From: Oceanispirochaeta sp.
GTDB taxonomy: Bacteria; Spirochaetota; Spirochaetia; DSM-2461
Length of the DNA: 64,000 nucleotides
NCBI GenBank assembly: GCA_963663385.2
Contig: CAXXXD010000003.1
Span: 928,001-992,000, forward strand
Direction of reading: 5' to 3'
Shown in pieces: positions 46,328-56,298 of the stretch. The position numbers and the translations under genes were made by a program. Each line of letters opens with the position of its first letter. Position 1 is the first letter of the stretch. The notes under the pieces are model-generated. The model ran no database searches, was not told the DNA's origin, and saw only the letters and a list, made by a program, of their open reading frames with translations.

Positions 46328-48281
46328 AACTGGGCAGCTGTTCCTTATAGTTGTACTTCTCATATCACCACTTTATGCGGAATCTCCTGTGAATCTTTTT
46401 GAACAGGGTAATGATGCCCTTGATGACGGAAACTGCTATTTGGCCCTGGATTATTATAAACAGGCTCTGGAGATCAATCCCGGGTATGTTGATGCTCTTA
46501 TGGGCATTTCCCGGGCATATTTTCTTCTGCAGGAGTACGATGAAGCACTCTCCTATATTGTAACAGCAAGAATAGGGGCTACCCGTCGGATAGACGTCTT
46601 GAACCTCGAAGGGCGTATCAATCTTGGACTGTCCGAACTGGATGAAGCAGAGAGAATCTTTAATCAGGTGCTGAAAATAGAACCGAATAATATGGATGCG
46701 TCCTATGGACTGGCCGAGATAGCCGTATTCAGGGGAAACTACAAAGAGGGATCTGATCTTTTTGAAAAGAGTCTGGCCATTAATCCGGACAGCAGAAGAG
46801 CCCTGCTCTCCCTGTCTGTTCTGTACCTTCAGATGGACCAGCCGGAGAGGGCGGAATCCTATCTCGCTTCGGCATTAAAGCTTTTTCCCCAGGACAGGGT
46901 CGTTCTCAGGGAAGCTATGTCGTACTATGTCGATGCGGAGGACTGGGAAAAAGCCGAAAATCTGGCTCTTCAGTTCCTGTCTCTTGAACCGGAAAATAAG
47001 GATATTGCTCTTGTTCTGGGTATGATATACAAAAATACCGGTATCTATGACAAAGCGGTGGAGTTTTTTCAGGAAAGTATCCGGCATCAGCAGGAAAATC
47101 CTCTGACATGGTATCACCTGGGTTGGAGCTTTTACGGTTTGGGAAAATATGATGAAGCTCTTCTTTGTTTCAAAACCGTAAATATTATTGACCCGAATGA
47201 TGAAATTTCCCGGATAAGTGCGGAAAATCTTCTTATGCGTTTCTACCCGTTGAATCACGCAGAGAGGAATACGGCAGCCCTCTGGCATTTTGAAAGGGGC
47301 AGAAAGCTTCAGGATAACTATCAGTTTGCCAAAGCTTTTGATGAGTACCGGCGGGGACGTCTTCTGGCTCCGCTGAATCTGGATGGATGGTGGTCCTATG
47401 CCCGGATCCTCGATACCATGGATCAACCAAACCGCTTCCGGGACGAACTGGAGGCTCTAAATCGCGAAGCCTACGATAATATTGACTTTAAACGTCTGTA
47501 TGAGCTTGTGATGAGCACGGATGATCAATCCTATCCCGAGACCTGGGAGGGAAGCATACTGAATCGTGACAGTTCTCTATCCCTCTCCCTGTTTGTGGAT
47601 ACAACCCGAACCGAAATGATCCATCAGGGGGGAGAGGAAGATCTTACCAGGTTTGTCGGAGACTCGCTGATGAAAAATCCCCGGTTTTCCATTATGGAAA
47701 GCATTCCTGTCAAATCTGCCTCCGATGCCTATCGCAGTGCCCGGAACAGTGGTTCGGATTTTTATCTTGTACTGGCCTATACAGAGATGGAGCGTTCAAT
47801 CCGGTTGCGCTGTGAACTATATCTTTCCCGTACGGGAACACTGATTGATTCATTTGATCTTTTACGTTCCGGGAATATGCGGGTTCGGGAAATCCTTATT
47901 AAGGCTGCAGTAGCTGTTGAAACCCGTCTTCCCCTCAAAGGGCACCTGATGGGAGTGGAAGGAAATGATGTTCTGATCAACCTCGGCAGTTTGAGCCAGG
48001 TGGAAGAGGACATGTCCTTCATTCTCCTGCGCAGGGGAAGCGGACGCTGGCTGGATGCCGAACCCTATCGGGACTATCAGGCTGAGGATGTGCTTGGAAC
48101 TGTAGTCATAACCGAGGTTCAGGAAAACACTTCAAAGGGAATCCTGAAAAGGAATTCTCCCTTTGATCTGGTTAATCCGGGAGATGAGGTTTATACCCTG
48201 CCCGAGAATTCAGAAGAACAGGAAGAGTTGCCCGAATCCATGAATAGTGAACTAAAAACACAGCTCCTTCGTCTTTACTAG
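46308..48281 (+). CDS. Exported TPR-repeat protein
   Basis: Signal peptide and multiple TPR repeats (ALEINP, LKIEP, LAINP). Confidence 0.85.
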   Translation: MIKGKLKTGQLFLIVVLLISPLYAESPVNLFEQGNDALDDGNCYLALDYYKQALEINPGYVDALMGISRAYFLLQEYDEALSYIVTARIGATRRIDVLNLEGRINLGLSELDEAERIFNQVLKIEPNNMDASYGLAEIAVFRGNYKEGSDLFEKSLAINPDSRRALLSLSVLYLQMDQPERAESYLASALKLFPQDRVVLREAMSYYVDAEDWEKAENLALQFLSLEPENKDIALVLGMIYKNTGIYDKAVEFFQESIRHQQENPLTWYHLGWSFYGLGKYDEALLCFKTVNIIDPNDEISRISAENLLMRFYPLNHAERNTAALWHFERGRKLQDNYQFAKAFDEYRRGRLLAPLNLDGWWSYARILDTMDQPNRFRDELEALNREAYDNIDFKRLYELVMSTDDQSYPETWEGSILNRDSSLSLSLFVDTTRTEMIHQGGEEDLTRFVGDSLMKNPRFSIMESIPVKSASDAYRSARNSGSDFYLVLAYTEMERSIRLRCELYLSRTGTLIDSFDLLRSGNMRVREILIKAAVAVETRLPLKGHLMGVEGNDVLINLGSLSQVEEDMSFILLRRGSGRWLDAEPYRDYQAEDVLGTVVITEVQENTSKGILKRNSPFDLVNPGDEVYTLPENSEEQEELPESMNSELKTQLLRLY

Positions 48282-48284
48282 GAA

Positions 48285-48313
48285 TTGACCAATACAAGCT
48301 ATTCTAATATATT
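48285..48313 (+). promoter_or_regulatory. Putative sigma70 promoter for gap-pgk-tpiA
   Basis: TTGACC-17 nt-TATATT, ending 39 nt upstream of the GTG start. Confidence 0.6.
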
Positions 48314-48352
48314 AAATTACAATAAATTTTGTTATTACCCGGAGGAATCTCT

Positions 48353-49351
48353 GTGAAACTTGCCATTAATGGGTTTGGTAGAATAGGTAGAAACGTATTT
48401 AAGATTGCCATGGAGAGAGAAGGGGTTGAAATTGTCGCGATCAATGATCTGACCGACGCAAAAACCCTTGCTCATCTGTTGAAATATGACTCCACTTTCG
48501 GAGTCTACAATAGAAGTGTAGAAGCCAAAGAAGATGCTATCGTGGTAGACGGTAAGGAAATCAGGATTTTCGCTATCCGGAATCCGAAGGATCTTCCCTG
48601 GAAAGAGCTGTGCGTTGATGTGGCTGTAGAGTCAACCGGTATTTTCCGGACAGCCGAAGGCGAAAAGGGCGGATACCTGGATCATATTAAAGCCGGTGCA
48701 GGAAAAGTCATTCTGACAGTCCCGGCCAAAGACGCAATTGAAACCGTTGTTCTGGGAGTGAATGAAGAAAGGATTTCGGGAGAGATACTGGCCTATTCCA
48801 ATGCTTCCTGCACAACAAACTGTCTGGCCCCTGTGGCAAAAGTCCTGAATGATGAGTTTGGTATCGAAAAAGGCCTAATGACAACGGTTCATGCCTATAC
48901 AAACGATCAGGTTATTCTGGATACGCCCCATACCGATCTCAGAAGGGCCCGTTCAGCCGGCTTGAATATCATACCCACTTCAACAGGCGCCGCTGTAGCG
49001 GTAGGCAAGGTTATCCCTGAGTTGAATGGTAAACTGAACGGAGGGGCCATGCGTGTTCCGACTCCTACCGGCTCGGTGGTGGACCTGACCGTACAACTGA
49101 AAAAAGACTGTACAGTTGAAGAACTGAATGCAGCAATTAAAGCAGCAGCCGAAGGGCCTATGAAGGGGATTCTGGAATATACGGAAGACCCCATAGTCTC
49201 AATGGATATCAAGGGAAATCCGAACTCTTCCGTATTTGATGCGGGATGCACCATGAAAATGGGTGAAGGTTTCTTTAAAGTTATTTCATGGTATGACAAC
49301 GAAATGGGATACTCCACGAGAGTTGTCGACCTGGCTCAAAAATTGGTATAA
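48353..49351 (+). CDS. gap: Type I glyceraldehyde-3-phosphate dehydrogenase
   Basis: INGFGRIGR, SNASCTTNCL and WYDNE motifs. SD GGAGG precedes GTG 48353. Confidence 0.98.
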   Translation: MKLAINGFGRIGRNVFKIAMEREGVEIVAINDLTDAKTLAHLLKYDSTFGVYNRSVEAKEDAIVVDGKEIRIFAIRNPKDLPWKELCVDVAVESTGIFRTAEGEKGGYLDHIKAGAGKVILTVPAKDAIETVVLGVNEERISGEILAYSNASCTTNCLAPVAKVLNDEFGIEKGLMTTVHAYTNDQVILDTPHTDLRRARSAGLNIIPTSTGAAVAVGKVIPELNGKLNGGAMRVPTPTGSVVDLTVQLKKDCTVEELNAAIKAAAEGPMKGILEYTEDPIVSMDIKGNPNSSVFDAGCTMKMGEGFFKVISWYDNEMGYSTRVVDLAQKLV

Positions 49352-49363
49352 GGAGCAAATAAA

Positions 49364-50545
49364 ATGGGTGTAATTACTGTAAAAGACATGGATCTTAAAA
49401 ATAAACGCGTTCTGGTGCGTGTGGATTTTAACGTTCCCCTGAAAGAGGGGAAGATCACGGATGATACTAGAATGCAGAGGGCGCTTCCCACTCTCCAGTA
49501 TATTCTGGAACAGGATGGGGCATCACTTATTGTTATGAGTCATCTGGGACGTCCTTCCGAAGAGAGGGAACCCCAGTTCAGCATGAAACAGCTGGAATCT
49601 CATCTGGCTGAAATTTCCGGAGTTAAAGTAACGACTGCCCCCGATTGTGTGGGCAGCGAAGTGGAAAAGATGGCATCGGAACTGAAGGCCGGCGAAATTC
49701 TTCTTCTGGAAAATACCCGCTATCACAAAGCTGAAAAAAATAACGACCCCGAATTTGCCGCCCGGCTCGCCAAGCTGGCGGATGTATATGTAAATGATGC
49801 TTTTGGTGCAGCACACAGAGCGCATGCCTCTACGGAAGGAATTACGAAATACCTTCCTTCCTGTGCCGGTTTTCTGATGGAGAAAGAGTGCCTTTTCTTC
49901 GATAAGGTTCTGGAAAATCCGGAGAAACCTTTTGTCGCCATTATCGGAGGTGCAAAGGTTTCATCCAAGATCGCGGTACTTGAATCCCTGATCGATAAAT
50001 GCAATACATTCGTAATCGGCGGTGGTATGGCCTATACTTTCCTGAAAGTTCAGGGGCATGCTATCGGTAATTCCCTTTTTGAAGAGGATTTCATGGAAAC
50101 CGCCGAGAGCTTTCTGAAAAATGCAGAAAAAGCCGGTGTGGAAGTAATTCTGCCCATGGATCATGTGGTAGCATCCAGGTTTGATGAAAATGCAGAGGCT
50201 GAAGCCATTGATTCTGTTGAAATCCCCGAGGGTAAACTGGCTATGGATGTGGGACCCAAAACTGTTGCGGCTGTTAAAGAGAGAATCGCAAATGCCAGGA
50301 CAGTCGTCTGGAACGGACCAATGGGCGTATTTGAATTTGACAAGTTTGCCAAAGGAACTCTGGAAGTTGCCAATTTTGTTGCGGATTGTGCCGGTACTAC
50401 AGTAGTCGGCGGAGGAGACTCTGTTGCTGCTGTAAACAAGTTCAATCTGGCCGATAAAATTGACCATGTATCCACCGGCGGAGGAGCATCCCTGGAGTTT
50501 CTGGAAGGAAAAGCACTGCCCGGCGTTGTGGCTTTAAGAAAATAA
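49364..50545 (+). CDS. pgk: Phosphoglycerate kinase
   Basis: RVDFNVP, SHLGRP, NDAFG.AHRAHAS, GGAKVS and STGGGA motifs. Confidence 0.98.
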   Translation: MGVITVKDMDLKNKRVLVRVDFNVPLKEGKITDDTRMQRALPTLQYILEQDGASLIVMSHLGRPSEEREPQFSMKQLESHLAEISGVKVTTAPDCVGSEVEKMASELKAGEILLLENTRYHKAEKNNDPEFAARLAKLADVYVNDAFGAAHRAHASTEGITKYLPSCAGFLMEKECLFFDKVLENPEKPFVAIIGGAKVSSKIAVLESLIDKCNTFVIGGGMAYTFLKVQGHAIGNSLFEEDFMETAESFLKNAEKAGVEVILPMDHVVASRFDENAEAEAIDSVEIPEGKLAMDVGPKTVAAVKERIANARTVVWNGPMGVFEFDKFAKGTLEVANFVADCAGTTVVGGGDSVAAVNKFNLADKIDHVSTGGGASLEFLEGKALPGVVALRK

Positions 50546-50620
50546 TATTTTACAGCAAATCCGGTTATCAGTCTGTTGGTTACCGGGTTGCTGAAAAACA
50601 GGTACTATAGGAGAATTATC

Positions 50621-51373
50621 ATGAGAAATTACCTCATTGCAGGAAACTGGAAAATGAACAAAACCCCTTCCGAAGCTGTTCAGCTGGCGAAGGACATTCT
50701 TCCCCTGGTAAAAGACAGTGACTACAGAGTAATGGTTGCTCCCTCTTTTGTCTGTCTTCCCGGTGTCGTGGAAGTACTGAAAGGAAGTAATGTAATTGTA
50801 GCGGCTCAGAATATGGCCGGTACAGAAGAAGGCGCCTTTACCGGTGAGACTTCTGTTCTGATGCTGAAGGATCTTGGAGTCGAAGCCGTTCTTCTGGGAC
50901 ATTCCGAAAGAAGACATATTTATGGTGAAACAAACGAACAGATTAACGAAAAAGTTAAACTGGCTCTTAAACAGGGACTGATGCCTGTTCTGTGTATCGG
51001 AGAACTCCTGGAAGAGAGAGAAGCCGGAAAAGCGGAAGCTGTCTGTTTTGAACAGCTTGAGAAAGGTCTGGCCGGTGTTTCTGAAAAAGAACTTGACAAT
51101 GTTGTAATTGCGTATGAACCTGTATGGGCAATCGGAACCGGTAAAACAGCCACACCCGATGATGCGGATGCAATCCATGCTTCCTGCAGAAAGAAAATTG
51201 CCGAAATGTATTCTGATGCAGCGGCAGAAAAAATCGTTATTCAGTACGGTGGATCAATGAAACCGGAAAATATTAAGGATTTAATGGCTATGGAAAATAT
51301 TGACGGCGGTCTGATCGGGGGAGCTTCCCTGAAAGCCGACTCTTTTGCTTCTCTGGCTAATTTTAATAAATAA
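50621..51373 (+). CDS. tpiA: Triosephosphate isomerase
   Basis: AGNWKMN, GHSERR, AYEPVWAIGTG, YGGS and LIGGASL motifs. Confidence 0.98.
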   Translation: MRNYLIAGNWKMNKTPSEAVQLAKDILPLVKDSDYRVMVAPSFVCLPGVVEVLKGSNVIVAAQNMAGTEEGAFTGETSVLMLKDLGVEAVLLGHSERRHIYGETNEQINEKVKLALKQGLMPVLCIGELLEEREAGKAEAVCFEQLEKGLAGVSEKELDNVVIAYEPVWAIGTGKTATPDDADAIHASCRKKIAEMYSDAAAEKIVIQYGGSMKPENIKDLMAMENIDGGLIGGASLKADSFASLANFNK

Positions 51374-51391
51374 TTACCTGGGAGATATATA

Positions 51392-51751
51392 ATGGGTATT
51401 ATTGGTACTTTACTGATTATTCTTTTTGTAATCGTATGTATTCTTCTGATTATGTTCGTATTGTTACAGGATGATCAGGGAGAAGGCTTGGGAGGTCTGT
51501 TCGGCGGTTCAAGCGGTTCTCCTTTCGGTGGTGCGGCAAACAATGCACTGGTTAGGATCACAACCATTCTGGGAAGTCTGTTTATGGTTTGTTCTCTGCT
51601 GGTTGCTTTTGTAGTCAGATCCCCCAACAGCAGTGACGTTTTAAGCGAAGCCAGGCAGATCAAAGCTGAGAATAGCGATGGTGCAAACTGGTGGGAAGGC
51701 GAAGCTGTATCAGGAAATGAGGGCGAAGATCTTATTATTCCTCAGGACTGA
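51392..51751 (+). CDS. secG: Preprotein translocase subunit SecG
   Basis: Two TM segments flanking LLQ...GLGGLFGG. Canonical position after tpiA. Confidence 0.9.
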   Translation: MGIIGTLLIILFVIVCILLIMFVLLQDDQGEGLGGLFGGSSGSPFGGAANNALVRITTILGSLFMVCSLLVAFVVRSPNSSDVLSEARQIKAENSDGANWWEGEAVSGNEGEDLIIPQD

Positions 51752-51760
51752 TGGAAATGG

Positions 51761-51792
51761 ATGGGAGCATAGGCTCCCATTCTTTTCTTTTT
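51761..51792 (+). terminator. Rho-independent terminator
   Basis: ATGGGAGC-ATAG-GCTCCCAT followed by a T-rich tract. Confidence 0.8.
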
Positions 51793-51864
51793 GTAAATTA
51801 ATAATATATAGGCATCAACGGTTCATACTGAAAAATCAGAGAACCGGTATGTAGGAGCTTTATT

Positions 51865-52275
51865 ATGCGTGTAGCTGTTGTATATTACAAAAACGGCTGT
51901 GAAAAGGTCAAAGATATTGCAACCCATCTGGCAAGGGGGATTGAATCGGAAGGCCATCAGGTTGCTATTGTCAATATTGAAACAGATCCCGATACCAAAC
52001 TGACCCTTTATGATTACCTGCTGATAGGAACCGCAGCAAATTCTGCATTCAGTGGTAAAATCAGTACAAGAATATCCGAGTTCTTAAAGAACTCCGGTAG
52101 GGTTTCCGGTAAGAAATGTTATGCCTTTATTGCAAAAAAAGGCTTTTTCGTAAGCAAGGCTCTTCAGAACCTTATGAAAATAATGGAAAAAGAAGGTATG
52201 TTTCTTAAAATATCCGATATTATTACTGGTACAGACGAAGCTGAACTAATCGGAAAGAAACTTCATATAAAGTAA
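51865..52275 (+). CDS. Flavodoxin-fold protein with degenerate FMN loop
   Basis: Pattern VAVVY...IA..LARGI...YDYLLIG...GKKCYAF. Lacks the S-x-T-G-N-T loop. Confidence 0.65.
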   Translation: MRVAVVYYKNGCEKVKDIATHLARGIESEGHQVAIVNIETDPDTKLTLYDYLLIGTAANSAFSGKISTRISEFLKNSGRVSGKKCYAFIAKKGFFVSKALQNLMKIMEKEGMFLKISDIITGTDEAELIGKKLHIK

Positions 52276-52312
52276 GTTGTTATATAAATAAACTTACCAA
52301 CAAGGAACAGTT

Positions 52313-53356
52313 ATGTACAAAAAAGCATTGATTCCGGCTCTACTGTTGCTGTTTGCAGGCAATCTGTTTGCCCAGACAGCCATAGACAGACCGGTAGCCA
52401 TCGTAAAACTGACAAAAATGGATGTAATTTCTGAAAAGAAGTTAAATTATAATATATCCCTGTATGAGCAGCAGACAGGAAGAGCGCTGACAAAACCTGA
52501 AAAGGAACAGGTCCTTGAGACTCTCATTAATCAGATGCTGGTCTTTCAGGCGGCAGAAAGAGACAATGTAACTGTTTCTGACGAACAGGTCCTTGCTGTG
52601 GGCATGCAGCAGTTAATGCAGCAGATCGGACAGAAGATTACGGAAGCCCAGTATAAGCAGATAATTAAAGATCAAACCGGAATGGACTATGATGTGTATA
52701 AAGAGGAAATCCGGAAACAGCTTATTCTGGAAAAATACGTCACAGAAATGAAAAAGGATTTTATTCTGAGAACCTCTACACCCGGATCTGATGAAATTCA
52801 GCTTTTCTATAATCAGAACGAAGAAAAATTCCTAAATCCGGAAATGGTTAAGCTCAGTCATATCTTTTTCAGCACAAAGGGGATAACTGCGGAACAGAAA
52901 GCAGAAAAAAAGGCTCTGGCTGATCAGGTAATGAAGCAGTTTAACAGCGGCAGCAGCAGTTTTGAAGATCTTGTCAGAGCAAATACAGAGGATAAAAATT
53001 CAATTGTAAGAGATGGCGATCTGGGAAGTTATCTGGATAGAAGTGAACAGAACATTTCGCTTTTCGGCGATAATTTCATAAATACAATTTTTTCCATGGC
53101 AGTAGATACGGATGTCCGGATGATTGAATCCAATCAGGGATATCATATTGTAAAAGTTACTGCTCATCGGGAGAAGACGTTTCTTGAACTTGATGATCCT
53201 ATCAGCCCGGTACAGACCCAAACTGTTAGAGAGTATATTAAAAACCTTCTAGGTTCCCGCAAGCAGCAGGAAGCTTTTCAGATTGCTGCCAAAAATGTAG
53301 TTGAGGAACTGATAGAGGATGCCGAGATTCAACGATTCCCGGAAAATATAGAATAG
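52313..53356 (+). CDS. SurA/PrsA-like periplasmic chaperone, parvulin PPIase
   Basis: Signal peptide, SurA N-terminal pattern (VLETLINQ.LV.Q.A), SHIFF, GDLG and GYHIVKV. Confidence 0.85.
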   Translation: MYKKALIPALLLLFAGNLFAQTAIDRPVAIVKLTKMDVISEKKLNYNISLYEQQTGRALTKPEKEQVLETLINQMLVFQAAERDNVTVSDEQVLAVGMQQLMQQIGQKITEAQYKQIIKDQTGMDYDVYKEEIRKQLILEKYVTEMKKDFILRTSTPGSDEIQLFYNQNEEKFLNPEMVKLSHIFFSTKGITAEQKAEKKALADQVMKQFNSGSSSFEDLVRANTEDKNSIVRDGDLGSYLDRSEQNISLFGDNFINTIFSMAVDTDVRMIESNQGYHIVKVTAHREKTFLELDDPISPVQTQTVREYIKNLLGSRKQQEAFQIAAKNVVEELIEDAEIQRFPENIE

Positions 53357-53365
53357 TATAGGTAA

Positions 53366-53782
53366 ATGAAAACATTAGGAAATAGAAGAAAGGCCAGGAT
53401 ACTGGCTTTTCAGGCACTTTACAGTTGGGAAATCAACGGCAGTGAGCTTTCTGAGCTGTATTCTTATTCCTGGTCTCGGGAAGAGCCTGCTGAAGAAGTG
53501 AAGGTATTCGCTTCTTTTCTTATTAAGGGGACAATAGAAAACCTTCCGGAGATTGACGGCAGGATTAAAGAAAGCCTTAAAAGATGGGATTTTGAGAGGT
53601 TGGAGAAGGTTAATCTTGCTATTCTCAGAATGAGCACATATGCTTTGTTATATCAGAAAGATATTCCTCATGGCGTAACAATAGATGAAGCAGTAGAAAT
53701 AACAAAAGAGTATAGTACGGCCGATTCTTATCGCTTTGTCAACGGAGTTTTGGATAATATCAAGAAACAGATAGATGGATAG
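53366..53782 (+). CDS. nusB: Transcription antitermination factor NusB
   Basis: RRKARILAFQALY, AILR, IDEAVEI.K.Y and FVNGVLD motifs. Confidence 0.96.
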   Translation: MKTLGNRRKARILAFQALYSWEINGSELSELYSYSWSREEPAEEVKVFASFLIKGTIENLPEIDGRIKESLKRWDFERLEKVNLAILRMSTYALLYQKDIPHGVTIDEAVEITKEYSTADSYRFVNGVLDNIKKQIDG

Positions 53783-55442
53783 ACACCGGGTGGATCAGGA
53801 TAGTAAGTATTTTAAATCCCTACTGATATGGACGCTTGTATTATTTATGCTTGCATCCATTCTGGGTATTTTTATCCTCTTTCAGCCCCATGATGACCGA
53901 TTTCAGTATTATATCAGGCAGGTTGATAATTATATTGAAGCGAAACGCTTTACCGAAATTCCGCCATTGCTTGTGCGGGCTACCCGTTATGCCGATAAAA
54001 GGGAGCAGTGGTTCAGTATTTTTAAAAGATCCTATCAGGTTTGCCGAAACCTGAAGGATTACAGAAGTTTTAATAATCTGCTTGATATTTCAAGAAAGTT
54101 CATCCATGGGGGGCCGGAGCATGATGCCCTGTATACGGCGTCTCTTCTCTGGACGGATCAGTATGAAAAAGCTTCCGCCAGTTTATATTCAATTAGCCAG
54201 CCCGGGTATGAAACTCTGGTTGCCGAAAGCCTCCTCTCCTATGAGGTTTATAGGAACTATGAACTGGGCGAACAGCATCCCATCGAGTTTATCAAGGACA
54301 AAATCAGTTTTCAGGAAGATCCTGATTTTTTTCATATTATCGGGACTCTCTCTGACAATGAAACTCTACTCTACAATGCGGTTCTGCTTTATATGGAATC
54401 GGGACAGTTCGATGTTGCCGAACAGATTCTGGGGCAATTATCATCAACCAGAATTCCTCCGCTCCGGATGGGGGTCGTTTATTATGATCTGGGTCAGATC
54501 ACCAGAGCACTTGAATACTATAAGGCTCAGGATGTAGTGGACGAGATTAAGGAGAATCAGCGATTTTCACTTAAGCAGCAGATCGGTGATATGCAGTATA
54601 TGCTCGGACGGGAAGGGGAAGCCCTGAAATCCTATGAAGCAGGATTGGCTCTTCATAGAGCCGGCAGCTGGAAACTCTATAGGAATATAGCGCGTCTGTA
54701 TTTTGAAAAAGGGTACTCCAGAAAAGCAAAAATCGTATTGGAGGATGGTTTACACAACTTCCCGGATCAGGTTGAGCTCCTGGAGGACTATGTCCGCTTC
54801 TTCTCCCGGGATATCAGTATGACCGTGAAAAGAACTCTGGAGGCTTATATAAGCCGCTTTCCGGAGGATATGGAGGCAAAGCTGCTGCAGATCCGGTATT
54901 TTCCGGAACCCATGAATCCCACACAGTATCAGGCCAGATTATGGGAGTTTTTTAATAACTCCCATAATAACGAAGCTGTTACAAGGTTCCTTCTCTGGTA
55001 TCTTTCCGGTGTGGAAGACCGCAAGAGTATGAAAATCGTACTGCAGAGATACGAGTATGAAGAGGAAAAACCGCACTGGTATATCTTATATGAAGGGATA
55101 CTGGAATTCCTTGAAAAGGATACAGAAAAAGCTCTTCAGAAGATGGAAGAGGCGTCTGCCATCCATCCTTCCTGGCTTTATGAGCGAAATAAAGCCATAT
55201 TTAATTATAGTCTTGGACACAATGATATTGCCATGATACAAATGGGACAAGCTGTTGATGGTCTGCTGAAAGAACCCTCTCTGGTGAATGCTAATCCCAT
55301 TCTTTCGGAAATGTATTTTACTATGGGTAAGTTGTTTCTGGAAGAGAAGGATTTTAAAAGTGCACAGGAACACCTTGAAAATGCTATTGCCTGTTATCCT
55401 GAGAATCATAGTGCCCGAAGTCTTCTGAAACGCATAAAGTAA
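53775..55442 (+). CDS. Membrane-anchored TPR-like protein
   Basis: N-terminal TM followed by TPR-like helical repeats. Confidence 0.75.
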   Translation: MDRHRVDQDSKYFKSLLIWTLVLFMLASILGIFILFQPHDDRFQYYIRQVDNYIEAKRFTEIPPLLVRATRYADKREQWFSIFKRSYQVCRNLKDYRSFNNLLDISRKFIHGGPEHDALYTASLLWTDQYEKASASLYSISQPGYETLVAESLLSYEVYRNYELGEQHPIEFIKDKISFQEDPDFFHIIGTLSDNETLLYNAVLLYMESGQFDVAEQILGQLSSTRIPPLRMGVVYYDLGQITRALEYYKAQDVVDEIKENQRFSLKQQIGDMQYMLGREGEALKSYEAGLALHRAGSWKLYRNIARLYFEKGYSRKAKIVLEDGLHNFPDQVELLEDYVRFFSRDISMTVKRTLEAYISRFPEDMEAKLLQIRYFPEPMNPTQYQARLWEFFNNSHNNEAVTRFLLWYLSGVEDRKSMKIVLQRYEYEEEKPHWYILYEGILEFLEKDTEKALQKMEEASAIHPSWLYERNKAIFNYSLGHNDIAMIQMGQAVDGLLKEPSLVNANPILSEMYFTMGKLFLEEKDFKSAQEHLENAIACYPENHSARSLLKRIK

Positions 55443-55458
55443 AAGAAAGGTTAATAAT

Positions 55459-56211
55459 ATGATCACACTGAAAAATGAAAAACAGATAGAAGGTATACGC
55501 AGTTCCTGCAAGTACCTTGCAGAATTGTTTCTGAAACTTGAGGACTTTATTGAACCCGGTATGTCTACAATGGATATAGATAAATATTCTGCGGATTTCA
55601 TTAGAAAAATCGGCGGGAATGCTGCTTTTCTGGGATATGGCGGATTTCCGGGGACAATCTGTTCCTCTGTCAATGATACAGTCATCCACGGGATCCCCAG
55701 CAAGAACGAAATACTGAAGGAAGGTGATATACTCGGCTGTGATATAGGCATTGAACTTAACGGGTTCTATAGTGACAGGGCGTATACCTATCCGATCGGA
55801 AAAGTCAGCCGGGAGGCGGAACTGTTGATGAAACGGACCCGTGAATGTCTGTATATCGGTATCGATGCAGCGCAGAAAGGGGGGCGAATCAAGGACATAG
55901 GCAAGGCCATAACTTCTTATCTGAAACCTTTCGGATACGGAATTGTTCACTCTTTCTGCGGACATGGTGTCGGACTGGATGTGCATGAGGATCCCCAGAT
56001 TCCCAATAATTACCCTTCCCGCGGGATGAACCACAGACTGAAGCCTGGCATGGTTCTGGCCATTGAACCAATGATAAATATTGGCACCGCAGAAGTAGAG
56101 GTTCTGGATGATGACTGGACTGTAAAAACTGCGGACGGATCCCTTTCAGCTCATTTCGAGCATACCATACTTATTACTGAGGGTAAGCCTGAAATCCTGA
56201 CGGCTCTCTAA
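55459..56211 (+). CDS. map: Methionine aminopeptidase type I
   Basis: CSSVN..V.HGIP, GHGVG..VHEDP, IEPM and SAHFEHT motifs. Confidence 0.96.
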   Translation: MITLKNEKQIEGIRSSCKYLAELFLKLEDFIEPGMSTMDIDKYSADFIRKIGGNAAFLGYGGFPGTICSSVNDTVIHGIPSKNEILKEGDILGCDIGIELNGFYSDRAYTYPIGKVSREAELLMKRTRECLYIGIDAAQKGGRIKDIGKAITSYLKPFGYGIVHSFCGHGVGLDVHEDPQIPNNYPSRGMNHRLKPGMVLAIEPMINIGTAEVEVLDDDWTVKTADGSLSAHFEHTILITEGKPEILTAL

Positions 56212-56298
56212 TCTCACAATAGTATAAAATCTATGTAACGACAGAGTGTTTTATAGGTTTACATTTTGTGATTCTTTTAACAGGAGAAAAATACAATT

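Noticed and set aside
55086..56034. Two minus-strand ORFs over 200 aa
   Set aside because: Antisense to map and the TPR gene.
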